64,000 nucleotides of DNA from Octopus sinensis (Eukaryota), in contig NC_043005.1 of assembly GCF_006345805.1 (NCBI RefSeq), forward strand, positions 100,316,001 to 100,380,000, in the 5' to 3' direction. Both the position numbers and the translations under genes were made by a program. Under the pieces are notes generated by a model that had not been told where the DNA came from, did not search any database, and saw nothing but the letters and a program-made list of their open reading frames with translations. Shown here in pieces: positions 24,280 to 38,159 of this stretch (position 1 is its first letter; each line of letters starts with the position of its first letter).

Positions 24280-25536
24280 GTTATGTCATAGGAGAGAAAT
24301 GTTTCAGGTGTGGAAGCAAGGTCTAGAATCGAAGGCCCCTAGAGTCAATCTGGCAAAAACAAAAGTCTCAGTAAGTAGGAAGGCAGACAAATCACAAATC
24401 CCTTCAAGTAGATGGCTCTGCTTGATCTGTAGGAAAAGTGTAGGTAGAAACTCTATAAGATGTACCTGGTGTAAGCTATGGACACATAAGAGGTGCAGCA
24501 ATATCAAAGGAAGGCTGATTTGGAAGATAGTTTTTGTGTGTGGCAGATGCACAAGGGCAATAAACACTGGAAATGTGCAGAAAACAAATTCCATCTTATG
24601 CCAGGGAGAAAACTAGAAGTAGCTGATACCTAGGTAACCAAGTTAGTAGCAGGGGTGGATGATCTGAGAGTGTAGTGACTAGAATAAGAATAGGCTGGGC
24701 AAAGATCAGAGATCTACCTCTGTTGGTAACAAAGGGCCTCTCACTCAGAGTGAATGGTAGACTGTATGATGCATGTGTGTGAACAGCCATGCTACACAGC
24801 AGTGAAACATGGGCTGTGACTGCTGAGGACATGCATAATATTACAAGAAATGAAGCTAGTATGCTCTGCTGGATGTGTAATGTCAGTGTGCATACATGAC
24901 AGAGTGTAAGCACACTGAGAGAAAAATTGAACATAAGAAGCATCAGATGTAGTGTGCAAGAGAGACAACTGCACTGGTAAGGTCATGTGTTAGGAAGACC
25001 TGGGACAGCTGTGTGTAAAAGTGTCACACCCTTGCAGTGGAGGAAACCTGTGGAAGAGGGAGACCCAGGAAGACCTAGGATGAGGTGGTGAAGCACGACC
25101 TTTCAACATTGGGACTCACAGTGGCAATGAAAAGTGACTGAGACTTTTGGAGATATGCTGTGCTTGAGAAAACCTAGCAAACCAAGTGAGACCATAGCCA
25201 TAGCCCATGCCAGTGCAGCATAACCGGCCATTTTAAGAGTACCTTTCAATCATTGGGCAATATGCTGTGCTTGAGAAGACTTGTTGAACCAAGTGGAAAC
25301 ATTGTCATGGCCGATGCCAGTATTGCTTGACTGGCACCCATGCATCTGGCACATAAAAAGCACCATATGAGCGTGGTCATATGTAAAAAGCACCCACTAC
25401 ACACTTGTAGTGGTTGGCATTAGGAAAGGCATCCAGCTGTAGAAACCTGGTGCAGCCACCTGGCTTGCCAGTCCTCAGTCAAACTGTCCAACCCACATCA
25501 GCATGGACATTAAATGATGATGATGATGATGATGAT
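24280..25536 (+). mobile_element. RTE-clade LINE, ORF2 C-terminal half plus 3' UTR (frameshifted)
   Basis: WKQGLESK..RVNLAKTKV, C4HC3 finger, ETWAVT, MLCWMCN, GRGRPRKT, then GGCAC units and (GAT)n. Confidence 0.85.
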
Positions 25537-26045
25537 TGAGTGAAAGAGCAGTGCATCCCATCGAATTGATACTGGTGTAAAATATACAAAGCTCAGTATA
25601 CCCATCATGATTACCTGTCTGATAAGGGTACAACAGGCACATATCTAACAACCACATGTGTGCAACATGGTGATCTCATATCAAGATAAACAGCATATGA
25701 CCTTGCAGGAGAACCTCGTTAAAATTTTCTTTATGTCAAGTAGCCCACCCTGCTCAAAAGGTCCCTGAATAAGGGTTGTTTAAGGATGTTGAATGAAACA
25801 TCTTTGTTTCCAAAGGTGAATTATTCAAAACCCAAAGAATCCCTTTCAACACATGACTATGATGATCCCCCACTACTTCTGCTCGTGATCATTGTCAGCC
25901 ACTAAGGGACATGCTCAACTGGTTAAAGTCAAACAACTGACAAGCAAATCTCTGGTATTCAGCCAAGACAAAAGAATGTACATGATAACACTTCCAATCA
26001 GTTAAGATCAGAAGCCATGAGAGCCACTCCCTGGCACTGCATCAG
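25537..26045 (-). mobile_element. Element X, second copy
   Basis: Reverse complement of 19917-20460; its 3' end abuts the RTE (GAT)n tail. Confidence 0.7.
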
Positions 26046-28036
26046 GGCTTCGGCGTCGTTATTGTTATCCAGAATAACTTTAATTTTAAGTATTCATTTT
26101 ATTCTCTGCCAAATCTACAATATAAAGGTAAAGTAATGTGGTAATAACCTCAACCTACAGTACCATGAGTACCCTGGAGTCTAAACGTAGATTAGTATTG
26201 CTATACTAAATGTGAATTAGTGTAGTCTACATGAGGCTGATTCTGACACCATAAAAGGTTCCCAGATTAGTTATGCTTAATCAAAAAATAACATTATTTA
26301 CCTATGTATTAAAATCATCTCCTTTGAAATAGTCATCTTGTGCAGCAATGCACTGGTTCCAGTGTTTCTGCCACTTTTGAAAAATGGTAGGTGTGAGTGG
26401 CAGGATCTGGCAGTTTGAATATAAAACAGGCAGAATATTTTGACCAGATTTGGTCAGTTTAAATGCTGAAGGGTGAAGCCCAATTCAACATTTTATGAAA
26501 TTGAACATTTCTTAAAGATAAAAAATAATCTATGATTTAGTCCTGTTTTTATTTTTCAACCGAGATCATTAATTATTCAGTGATAGGAAAAGCAACTGTT
26601 GTCTACAAATTATAACTATGGGTTCTATTTTTTTAAGGAAATCATTTAAGGATGCAACAACAAAATAGTTTTCAGACCAACTGATTCAGAGTTTACAGCT
26701 TACTGTTATCCAAACCCACTGCACCAGTCCTTTACTGTTTATAGTACAGTCACAGATGCTAATGTCTCATTGAGCCCTTTTGAGTTCCTACAAAAGTCTG
26801 CCTCCATCAAGTAACTCAGTTGACACTCAACCACATTTGAGGGAGGAGAGCTGGAGACACTGTGATACCTGTCCCCAATTTTAAGGGCATTTGTGCCATA
26901 CATAAAGTAAATTGACAACTTAAATGTTATGGATTAAACTTATCTGAGAATTACTCTCATTGAAGTGTTCAAACCTTCATAAATTTCTTCAAATGGATTT
27001 TGAGTGCTTCCACACCTATATTCTTGAAAGGTTTCTCTATAGGCTGTGATCTTGCATTATTATAATGGACACTGTGGATTGGAATTCTTGGGATCTATGA
27101 GAATCTTATTCAAGTCATTAGACTGCATCAATTAACATTCTTAGCATTGTCTACATCACCTTTTCTTTCCAGCAATAGCATTCCCGGCAGCTTGTTCCTA
27201 TGTTTATTAATACCAACATGATGTTAGAGACTAGACCTTTGAGTCTGTTAATGCTGTTTTCCTCCTGGCAGGAATATTTATGCATTTCATTCCATGTTCA
27301 TCCCTTAACTGCAGTTAGAGAGCATTTCTGGTTTGAAAAACAGATTTATTTATCTCCCCAAAAATATTCAGACAATTGCGAGATGTTGACTTACTCCATT
27401 ACACCATTTTTACTGATTCCTTTCACAAAACAGAAACATTAACATGGATCACAAAAAAGGACTTTAGAACCAGTATTCCAACAATATTTACAGTATGTGC
27501 TCAACTAAGCCTTCTCAAGTTATTTATGACAAATCTGGAAATAACTACATGTGTTTATCAAAAGAAGAAATCTTAATTGAAAGACGAAAATGTCTTTTTT
27601 TTCATTTTCAGAAGTAGGATAATTATTAGGAAGAGCAATTTGGTTTTGGAAGTTTCTGGTGCTTAATATATGGAGATGAGAAAAATTTGTTGAGAAATTT
27701 AACTTGATGGCTTTGTGGTCCCTCAAAGTTAAAACCTTATCCTGTACATCGTATTTATGATTCATAACTAAAAATAGGAATATTTAAAAAGTTTACCATC
27801 TTTATTTGGAAGTATTGTAGCCAGAAGCACTATTTGTTAAATCAATAAAGTTACCAATGCAATCTGAGCTGTACAAGCCTCTTTAACAACGTCAGTATAA
27901 GCTATCTCGGATGCTGGACAAAATGGCTGATTTCACTCACATACACACACACACACACACATATTGTGGGTGTGTATTGCTGCTACTAGATACCAAAATA
28001 TTTCAGATACTGCTAACATGCCTGGGAATTAAGTAG

Positions 28037-28097
<61 letters not shown>

Positions 28098-28582
28098 GGC
28101 TGAGGGAAATAAGAGTAAAGTTACTTGCCTGAGGAGACAATGTCTCTTTGGGCAAGTAAGATATGAACTTATGAATTGTGTATCATATTGGTCTGGCTAC
28201 ACACTATGCATATCATTTAGGCATAATGCCTCTCACCACAAACACACACACACACACACACACGTGCACGCGCACACACAATCTGTGTGTGTGTGTGGAT
28301 AATGACAGATATGTTAAAACTGTCATTTGCTTACTCTCTCTCCTTACTACCCTTTGGTTTTTAATCTGTGATTCCAGCGCCACAACCCTTCCAGAAGCTG
28401 TCAACTTCTATTTACTCCATTAGCATCAACTGACTCAGCATTGGAACTGATCAAATGTTACGAGAGCAGTAATGTGTACCAAGGCTACCACCCACACACG
28501 GCACAGCACTAACTTTGACACAGTCAACCCAACATACAGTTGCATCTTGTGTAGACACCAGTAAAATGGTATGTTGTAACAT

Positions 28583-28809
28583 GGTGGTGAGCTGGCAGAA
28601 ACGTTAGCACGCCAGGCGAAATGCTTAGTCATATTTTGTCTGCCGTTATGTTCTGAGTTCAAATTCCGCCGAGGTCGACTTTGCCTTTCATCCCTTCGGG
28701 GTCGATTAAATAAGTACCAGTTATACACTGGGGTCGATATAATCGACTTAATCAGTTTGTCTGTCCTTGTTTATCCCTTCTGTTTATCCTTGTGGGTAGT
28801 AAAGAAATA
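28583..28809 (+). mobile_element. SINE family B
   Basis: 15-bp TSD GGTATGTTGTAACAT at 28568-28582 and 28810-28824. Confidence 0.9.
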
Positions 28810-30298
28810 GGTATGTTGTAACATACCATTTTACTGGTATTTACAAAAGATGTAACTGCCTCAGTTTCCGCAAGAGTCTCATTGTAACAAATACTCCGAG
28901 TATACAGTACTCCATGTTTTATTTTTTAAAGTACTCCTAGTTCTAGTTTGTCACTTTGTAACAAATACACTAAATACATAGAACTCTTAGTCTAATGCCT
29001 TGTATTAAACTCTGAGTATCTAGTAATCAGAATAACAGTACTGATAATTTGTTACCTTATTTCTGGACAATGGTGTGTGTGTGTAATGATCCAATAAAGA
29101 CAGTGAGGGAAGATTATACATATATGACCAATGTATATCCAATATAAGTAATAAGCAATTCAAAGTGCTTATTACAACTTGATATGATAGGCTTTAGCAA
29201 GGATTTTAACTAAGTGCTTGAATAATAACTATCTGGATATTGCAGCTGTATCTATCACTACACACACACACACATATATGTATGTATATGTATATACATA
29301 TATATAGAGAGAGAGATAGATGTATGTATGTATGTATGTATGCATTGTATGTATATGTATACAGAGAGAGAGAGGGGGCAGCGAGGAAGACTAGGTGAAT
29401 ATTTCTGTGACTGTAAAGGAAGAGACTGAGAGTGGGGAGTGTGTATGGTGCATGGTGTGTGTGTGTGTGCGTGCGTATGCATGCATGAGTGTGTGTAGGA
29501 GTGCATAAAAATATGGAGAAGATATTGAAGGGAAAAAATTGCATGTGCACAGGAGAACGTGTCAGTTCAGCATGCAAGTTTTAAATTTTTTGTGACAGTT
29601 TCTAAATAGATTTGAATGTGCACATGCGTGTGTGTGTGTGTGTGTGCATGAGTGTGTGCATGTATGTGTGTGTGGGAGTGTTTGCATGTGTGTGTTTGTG
29701 TGGTTGTATGTGTATGTGTTCATATTATGCACTAATGTGTATATCTGTATAATATGACTTGTCTAGAATGTTTAACAGTTGTGTGTGTGTGTATCTATGC
29801 ATATGTGTATATGTGTATGTGTGCATTAGTTGTCATGTAGAGGAACATAGATAAAATAAAGTCCAAGTCAGTTACCATTTTCTCAATTCTTGATAAACAT
29901 CAGAAATATCCATTAAACAATTTCTAGATTAAGAGAATATGGATGATTGACTAATGGGCTTTGTCTAGTTACCAGAATTGTGTGGTATCCAAGGTAACAA
30001 TCCAATCTTCCTAGCTGTAAGTAGGTGCCACAATGTGGTATATTTCACTGTACTTTGTCTATGAAAAAAATACTTCAATGCCAACAGTCTAATATACTCA
30101 GATATCTGTAAGTATCAGAGTGTGGTGTACTATGTCTATAACCATGAAATGTAACAGACTAGTCAACCAAGCTGTAAGAAGGTACCTAAATGAAATGTAG
30201 TTTACTCTTTTGTGTCCATATATGAAATACCAATGACCCAATCTATCTAGCTGTATGTTTTGGTTTTATCTTGATATTCTCAGTGAAATATACACATT

Positions 30299-30655
30299 AT
30301 TCTGTTGTGTCTTGGGAGAGTCATTTCCTTTTTGTGCCTTATAATGTAATACACTCACCAGTAAAATTTCCACTTATTTCTTATTTTTATTTTCCTAAAA
30401 TTTTCGTTGCATCTTGCAACTTTTTTAATAGTCTCGACTCAATAGTCTTGAGAGTCAAGACTATTAAAAAAGTTGCAAGATTCAACGAAAATTTAAGGAA
30501 AATAAAAATAAGAAAAAAGTGGAAATTTTACTGGTGAGTGTATTACATTATAAGGCACAAAAAGGAAATGACTCTCCCCAGACACAACAGAATATGCTTC
30601 AACTCACGAACCCATATAAAGAATCTCACAAACCAAATCCAAAAACGAAATACAT
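30299..30655. mobile_element. Foldback/MITE-like palindrome, copy 3
   Basis: Arms of about 140 bp (30299-30593) with about 5 mismatches, plus a one-sided outer extension. Confidence 0.8.
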
Positions 30656-30719
30656 ATTATTCTTGTTGAAACAGAGGTGGAGATATCACTACAGGCTCTC
30701 CATTGGTTCCAGTTGATAT

Positions 30720-31260
30720 GATCAATGGAACAGCCTGTTAGCGAAATTAACATGCAAGTGGCTGAGCACTCCACAGAGATGTGGACCCTTAGCATAATTC
30801 TCAGGGAGATTCAGCATGATATGGAATGGGACAAGGCTGGCCCTTTTGGAATGGGAGAAGCCAGCGAGCTGGCAGAAATGTTAGCATGCTGGGCGAAATG
30901 CTTAGCGGTATTTCGTCTGCCGCTATGTTCTGAGTTCAAATTCCACCGAGGTTGACTTAGCCTTTCATCGTTTCGGGGGTCGATTAAATAAGTACCAGTT
31001 ATGCACTGGGGTCGATGTAATTGACTTAATCCATTTGTCTGTCCTTGTTTGTCCCCTCTGTGTATAGCCCCTTGTGGGCAATAAAAATATTAGGCTGGCC
31101 CTTTTGAATTACTGGTACAACTTATTTTTGCCAGCTGAGTGGACTGAAGCAAAGTGAAAAAAAGTGTCTTGCTCAAGGACACAACACGTCACCAAGAATT
31201 GAACTCATGACCTTATGATTGTGAGCCAAATACCCTAACCAGTGAGCCATGTGCCTAAGT
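30720..31260 (-). mobile_element. SINE family C split by SINE B
   Basis: GCCAGCTGAGTGGACTGAAGC..GTGTCTTGCTCAAGG; AGGCTGGCCCTTTTG repeated either side of the insert. Confidence 0.65.
30865..31090 (+). mobile_element. SINE family B
   Basis: Full head to tail GCCCCTTGTGGGCAATAAAAATA. Confidence 0.9.
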
Positions 31261-33087
31261 ATCCAAGATGATACATTACTTTGTGGAGAATAATAGAATG
31301 GTTTTTCCAAATAAACAATTTCCTGCTCCCATCCAGATTAGATGGGACTACTGGTTGGGGTTGTACCAGTACTGTTAATGTTTCCGATGTTTGAGAAGCT
31401 ATTTACAGCAGTGAATGAATGTTTAGTCTGAAATGGACTCATGCTACAATTTATACACTTTATGCAATGAGATAATCAGTGACATTCCAGCCATAATCAT
31501 TATATTTATTATTCAGTCATACTATATCCTTCACTTCTGAATACAAAGAAGTGTGATAAGAAAGAGACTTGACTATTATTTCTAGCATGCTGGATGACCT
31601 GTGATGGTATTGGTATTGGTGGCAATGGTTGTGATGTTGGTGAACGGTGGAAATTATGATATTGTTGTCAGTGACATTCCAGCCATAATCATTATATTTA
31701 TTATTCAGCCATACTATATGTACAACTATGTGGTTTTCCTGACTTTAAGAGAGTAGATTGTTACGATAAGAGGAAATTTTGGATTCTTATTCTATCAGGC
31801 CAAGCGAGAAACTACGTAGAGAATCTTATAAGTGGTGGTGGTGGCAGTGTTCATGGTGATGGTAGTATAGAGGGGATAATTACAATGTTTTACAGCGGTA
31901 ATTATATTTCATTGTATTTATTCATTTAACATATTTTGAAATTTTATTAACTAACTTTATTTCTTTTTATTTTTAAATATTTCTAGAAATGAGCTATAAA
32001 GCTCCAACATGGGTTTATTGTCTGTCGAAAGAAGGTGTCTCCATCTATGACAATACTACAAATTTCATTGGACAACACATTTTAAAGACATCCTGTAATT
32101 CTATTAAGAATTCCAAATATAATGTTTAATTCTTTACATAAAAATCAATTATTTAAATTATCATTTGTATATTTCTTATTTTTATTCTCCCCAAAATTTT
32201 AATTCAAACCATATCAGACATACAAATGTCATTTCCTAAGCTTAGATTCTTTATTGAAATCTATATTTCAATAAATATTTTCCCGTTTTATTTTCAATTG
32301 TTTTCTATTCCCCACTGAGAGTTAAAATATAATCTGCAACTATAACAATTTCGGGAATAAATCAACTCTTTAAAAACTGAAATATTTCCTTATTCTTCTG
32401 AGTTTTTGTTTTGGTTTTTTTTTTGGTGTCTTTTGGCAAGTCTTGTTTCGATAACCTCTATTTCTACTTCCCAAACATTGTTTACAGCTCAACTCATAAA
32501 ACTACGGCTTTTAAACATTTCATTTCAGAGGGGTTTTTTTAATCCCCCACTGGTGATTATGGGAGATTGTTAGTAATGGTTGATGAGTGGCTGTCCACTT
32601 GTGGTTCGTTATTCCTATCAAAGAATATGTCTGCTGTCAATACATTGAAAATATGGCTAACTTAAAGACTATGGAACTGCCAACAATACATTCCTCACTT
32701 CTCTCTCCCCACCACACAGAGAGAGACACAGACATGGTTTCCCACCCCTAGACTACTTCCACCATGAACAAGACAACGTACTTTAAATGGAAGTATGATT
32801 GACAGTTGATTGCAGGTGGAGAGAAGGAAGTGGAGGTATAGTTTATGTATTTGTATTTGTATTTGTATATCTATATTTATTTGTCCATTGCTGTAGCAAT
32901 GTATTGGCCAGTTAAATGCTTAGATGAAGACAATGTTTTAATATAGAATGTACAGTTGAATGAATGAATGTTCTCTGCTAAACTTGAACAACTGAACTGT
33001 GAACTCAGAATGGTTCACTAGTTTGAACAAGGTTGACTGGGTTAAGTTGAGTAAAGTCTCTTCTCAAAGACTTCAATCAAAAGCTAC

Positions 33088-33179
33088 CAGCAAGTTTTCA
33101 CTTTTAGAGTTTTGCGGGAGACCAGACATTTCGTATTTCCATCTGCTTGCACTGAATAATAATTAGTAAAGCTACTCAG
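33088..33179 (-). CDS. Candidate internal exon of unidentified gene
   Basis: Strong acceptor TTTCTGTTCTCGCTATTACAG; phase-0 frame LSSFTNYYSVQADGNTKCLVSRKTLK; donor either 33101 (GTGAAA) or 33087 (GTAGCT), both weak. Confidence 0.3.
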
Positions 33180-33433
33180 CTGTAATAGCGAGAACAGAAA
33201 GGTATGTTTTACTCCAAGCTGCTGTATTATGACCTTAAAACATTTTGACTTTACTTCAGATACATACACAACAAGAAAAAAATTCTATATCTTCTAACAT
33301 CATTGTGGTCATATTCTTGACATAAACAGAGTGTCTATATATGAATGAATTAACTTTCAAAGTAACCAAGAATTTAAATGATTATAATTAGTAAAATATT
33401 AACCTTTTCTGTACTGGAATACATCAAGATGTT

Positions 33434-33841
33434 ATCTTTTACTTGCTTCAGTCATGAGACTACCACCATGCTGGGGCACCGTCTTGATGAATTTGTAGTG
33501 AAATGTATCGACCTAAGTGCTTATTTTTTTATGGGCCTGGTACTTATTCTATCAGTCACTTTTGCTGAATTGCTAAGTTATGGGGATGTAAACTCTCCAG
33601 TGCCGGTTGTCAAACAGTGGTGGGAGGACCAAGACAGACACAGACACACACACACATAAATACAGACACACACACACACGATGAGCTTCTTTCAGTTTCC
33701 GTCTACCAAATCCACTCACAAGGCTTTGGTTGGCCTGAGGCTATAGTAGAAGACACTTGCCCAAGGTGTCTCACAGCAGAACTGAACCCAGGACCATGTG
33801 ATTGGAAAGTAAGCTTCTTACCACACAGCCATGCCTGTGCC
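33434..33841 (-). mobile_element. SINE family A
   Basis: Reverse complement of family A. Confidence 0.8.
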
Positions 33842-34099
33842 ACAAGTTAAGGAAAAGCACTATTTTAAAATTCTGATCAAGACAAAAGATGTGCCCCTAT
33901 CTTTCACAGACTCTCTTATTTCAATGAGATTGATGCCATTAATATTCCTCTTAAACCATTATAAGTCAAGACCAAAATGGAGGAGAAGGAGGAGGAGAGG
34001 CAATGAGGGAGGAGGGTGTGGTGGTAAGGGAAGGTTTTTAGTAGTTCTAAGTAAATTATTTTTTATTTGTTTCAGTTATGACCATACTGAGACATAATC

Positions 34100-34705
34100 T
34101 TACAGGGTTTTACTTCAACAAAATGACCCCAGTACTTATATTTTAAAACCGGGTAATTTTTCTATCAGTTTCTTTAGTTGAGCCATTAAGTTAAGAAATG
34201 TAAACAAAGCAACACCAGTTGTCAAGTGGAGGTGGTGGTAGTGGTGGTGGTGATGGGATGACAAACACAAACACAAACACATATATGATTGCTTTCTTGC
34301 ACATACATGATTAATTTCTTTCAGTTTCTTATTTCTTTATTGCCCACAAGGGGCTAAACATAGATGGGGAAAAAAAGGACAGACAAAGGGATTAAGTCGA
34401 TTACATCGACCCCAGTGCATTACTGGTACTTAATTTATCAACCTCAAAAGGATGAAAGGCAAAGTCGACCTTGGCGGAATTTGAACTCAGAACGTAGTGT
34501 CAGACGAAATAGTGCAAAGCATTTCACCCGACGTGCTAACGTTTCTACCAGCTCACCACCTTAATTTCTTTCAGTTTCTGTCTATCAAATCCCCTTGCAA
34601 GGCTTTGGTTGGCTTGGGGCTATAGTAGAAGACACTTGGCCAAGGAGCCATATGAACCCAGTACCATGTGGTTGGGAAGCAAACTTCTTACCACACAGCC
34701 ACACT
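34100..34705 (-). mobile_element. SINE family A (degenerate) split by SINE B
   Basis: Family A halves flank 34330-34560. Confidence 0.7.
34330..34560 (-). mobile_element. SINE family B
   Basis: 19-bp TSD TTAATTTCTTTCAGTTTCT at 34311-34329 and 34561-34579. Confidence 0.9.
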
Positions 34706-35647
34706 TGTGCTACACCAGAAGTTTGAATGGCAAGAAAAGGGTTCTGATGTATTTAGGGATCGACCCTTACTATTTGAGACGGAGAGAAGGGTGAAAGGAA
34801 AGAGAGATGGGAAGAGAGAGAGAGAGAGGGGGGATAGACAAATAGATAAATAGACAGACAGACAGACAGACAGATAGATAGATAGATAGATTTGTCAGAC
34901 AGAAACTGAAAGAAGCCCATTACATATGTGTGTGTGTATTTGTGTTTGTCCCACCATCACCACCACTCAACAAATGGTGTTGGTTTGTTTATGTCCCTTA
35001 ACTTCAGGGTTCAACAAAGGAAATACTTTCTGTTTTCAAAGTATATCTGAGGTTCATGCTGAAATCAATGAGGGAAGAGGTGATTACTGTGTGGGGCAGA
35101 AACCAAATTCCTCAACCACCAAAGTTGGTTTGGTGGTATTATAATCCTTAATATCTGACTAAAATAAACTCAACAGCCATTACAATTAAAATCCATAAAA
35201 CAGCAATAAACCTAATTTACTGTGATGGGAGAAAGGTAGCCAGTGTGATAACCTGGGAAAGACGGCAACAATTATAATATAAAATAATGAAACAAAATAT
35301 ACAACACAAGGATAGATTATATTGCAAGTTAGAAAGTTGAGAATTGCTTTCTAACAACTAATATAACAAACTTTAACAAAACATTAGCTGCAACATAATA
35401 GAAAATATTACAGCAGAAAAACACAGCAGTAAACATTAAATACTTAATAACTGCTTAATTTGCTTCACCTTTAATCCCTCACCTTTGTTATCTTGGCTCT
35501 TTTATAACCAGCCATATGGTTACCATAAAATACAAATTATCATCAGACATATTCACATGAAACATGGTTCTTGTGTGATAGTGTTTCTACTGGCAATGAT
35601 GATGATGACGATGATGATAATGGTATTGTTCATAAAAATTATGCTAC

Positions 35648-35649
<2 letters not shown>

Positions 35650-35692
<43 letters not shown>

Positions 35693-35749
35693 GTGTACGT
35701 GTGTGTATGTGCATAAGAGTGTGCATGTATATATATGTGTGTGTATGTA

Positions 35750-35811
<62 letters not shown>

Positions 35812-35988
35812 TATATCTATATATATATATATATACATGTATATACATATGCATACATATACATATATGTATATATATATATACATGTATATATACATAT
35901 GCATACATATACATATATATATATATGTATATATATATATACATGTATATATACATATGCATACATATACATATATATATATATATAT

Positions 35989-36058
<70 letters not shown>

Positions 36059-36080
36059 ATATGTATGCATATGTATATAT
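35650..36080. repeat. (TA)n-rich compound microsatellite
   Basis: Direct inspection. Confidence 0.95.
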
Positions 36081-36815
36081 AAAGATATAAATTGGAAAGT
36101 TCTATTGGAGAACATCAGTAGTTGGCAAGGTGGAAATAATTATTTGGTCAAAGTTTCAGATCTGGGTTTTCTGGAAATATAACCAAAATAAAGATCAGAA
36201 GAATTGGTAGGTCAAAGGTGAAGACATGGAAAATAAGTTGTATTGTTGGGCGTTCTGTTAGAACTGTTTGTTCAGACAAAGCAGTCATATTCACCCACTG
36301 ATCTTTAATTCTATATGATGTTGTTACAGTTTCAGGGAAACGCTACAATAACAAACTAGAAACCTCACTGTTCTTTGTTCAAATCCCAGTTGGATCATCT
36401 TTAACTTTCATCTCCCAAGTAATAAAAATCAATTTTATTCTTAAAGCTATTTGTCCCTTGTTACAACATATGGTTCCCATGGATTATGGAGTCCCTTCTA
36501 ATAACATACATTTCTCTGGAGATACGAAGGCCATTCAAACAACATACATTCCCCTGGAGATATCTGTCTTTATGTCTCCTTAATACCATCAACACACACA
36601 TTACTCACATTGCATCTCAGCAACTTTCACCAGAACTGTGTTGTCATTATAAACATCTTTCAATAGTAATACAGTGTTTATATACACAAATAATAAATAC
36701 ACCACATCAACATAAACATCAATAATAGTAATACAGTGTTTATATACACAAAGAATACACATCGCCCTCAACATCATAAATGCAATGGTTATATTAGATA
36801 TGCAACATATATACC

Positions 36816-37049
36816 TATTTCTTTACTACCCACAAGGGGCCAAACACAGAGAGGACAAACAAGGACAGACAAACGGATTAAGTCAATTATATCAACCCCA
36901 GTGCATAACTGGTACTTATTTAATCGACCCTGAAAGGATGAAAGGCAAAGTCGACCTCGGCGGAATTTGAACTCAGAATGTAACGGCAGACGAAATACGG
37001 CTAGGCATTTCGCCTGGCATGCTAACGTTTCTGCCAGCTCGCCACCTTA
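36816..37049 (-). mobile_element. SINE family B
   Basis: 18-bp TSD ATATGCAA(C/T)ATATATACC at 36798-36815 and 37050-37067. Confidence 0.9.
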
Positions 37050-37067
37050 ATATGCAATATATATACC

Positions 37068-37370
37068 ATGGAGGCGCAATGGCCCAGTGGTTAGGGCAGC
37101 AGACTCGCAGTCGGAGGATTGCGGTTTCAATTCCCAGACCGGGCGTTGTGTGTGTTTATTGAGTGAAAACACCTAAAGCTTCATGAGGCTCAGGCAGGGG
37201 GTGGTGGCGACCCCTGTTGTACTCCTTCGCCCCAACTCTTTCTTCCTGTTTCTTGAGTAACGCTGCGATGGACTGGTGTCCTGTCCGCTGGGGGGAACAC
37301 ATACGCCATAGAAACTGGGAAATCGGGCCCATGAGCCTGGCTAGGCTTGAAAAGGGTGCATAAATAAAAA
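37068..37370 (+). mobile_element. SINE family D
   Basis: tRNA head GGAGGCGCAATGGCCCAGTGGTTAGGGC..GGTTTCAATTCC; homologous to 13603-13890. Confidence 0.8.
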
Positions 37371-38159
37371 ATAGAAATCTACCACATCAACATAAACATA
37401 AGTATTTAATACACTAGTAAGATATACACTACTTCATCATATGCATCATAATACAGAGACTTTATGATATTCACTCAAATAAAGTATGCATGATATCACC
37501 ATAAGCATCAGCAATGTAGTGGTTATATGGTATGTACAAATAACACTGAAAAACCTGGCTTTTGCTGTCTGCTGTTGAAGAGATGTTTCCTTGTAATTTT
37601 GGGGTGCTGCTTTCAAAAATGAAATCTGTTTTGTTCTATCATGTCAAGATTTTTCACTAACTTAAATATCCATTTTCCAATATTTCCAGAATTGTAACCA
37701 TTTTTAACAATAGATTTGGCTTCATCAAATGCAAACCTATGTATGGAGCTTGGCATAACTTTGAAAAATGTTGGTTTTTTTAATATCATTTAAGGTAAAA
37801 CAAAGGTGAAAACCAATCATGATTTAAGTATTGTCAGTAGATAAAAAGCATCAAACTTGAGAAATTTTCACTGTTTTAAAGCTAACAAGTTTTAAATGCT
37901 GTGAAGATGACAGAAATGTTGTTTATAGGACAGAAAGGTGGTGAGCTGGAAGAAACGTTAGCAATGCTTGACAAAATGCTTAGTGGTATTCCGTCTGCCG
38001 CTACGTTCTGAGTTCAAATTCCGCCAAGGTTGACTTCTTGGTTACTTTGAAAGTTAAATGTAAAAGACAAGACAACTAAAAACTTTTCCGAAAATGTTTT
38101 CCAGTGTAATATACACACCACATCACCACAAATATCACTAATACAGTGGTTATGTTATA

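Noticed and set aside
26700-27420. Coding-like composition with GTAAGT/GTAAGC donors on the minus strand
   Set aside because: All frames are interrupted by stops and no family motif was recognisable.
31987-32130. Plus-strand frame MSYKAPTWVYCLSKEGVSIYD after a strong acceptor
   Set aside because: Under 50 codons, weak donor, no partner exons on that strand.
33108-33201. Plus-strand exon-like segment with strong AG and GTATGT sites
   Set aside because: Stops in all three frames; could only be non-coding and has no other support.
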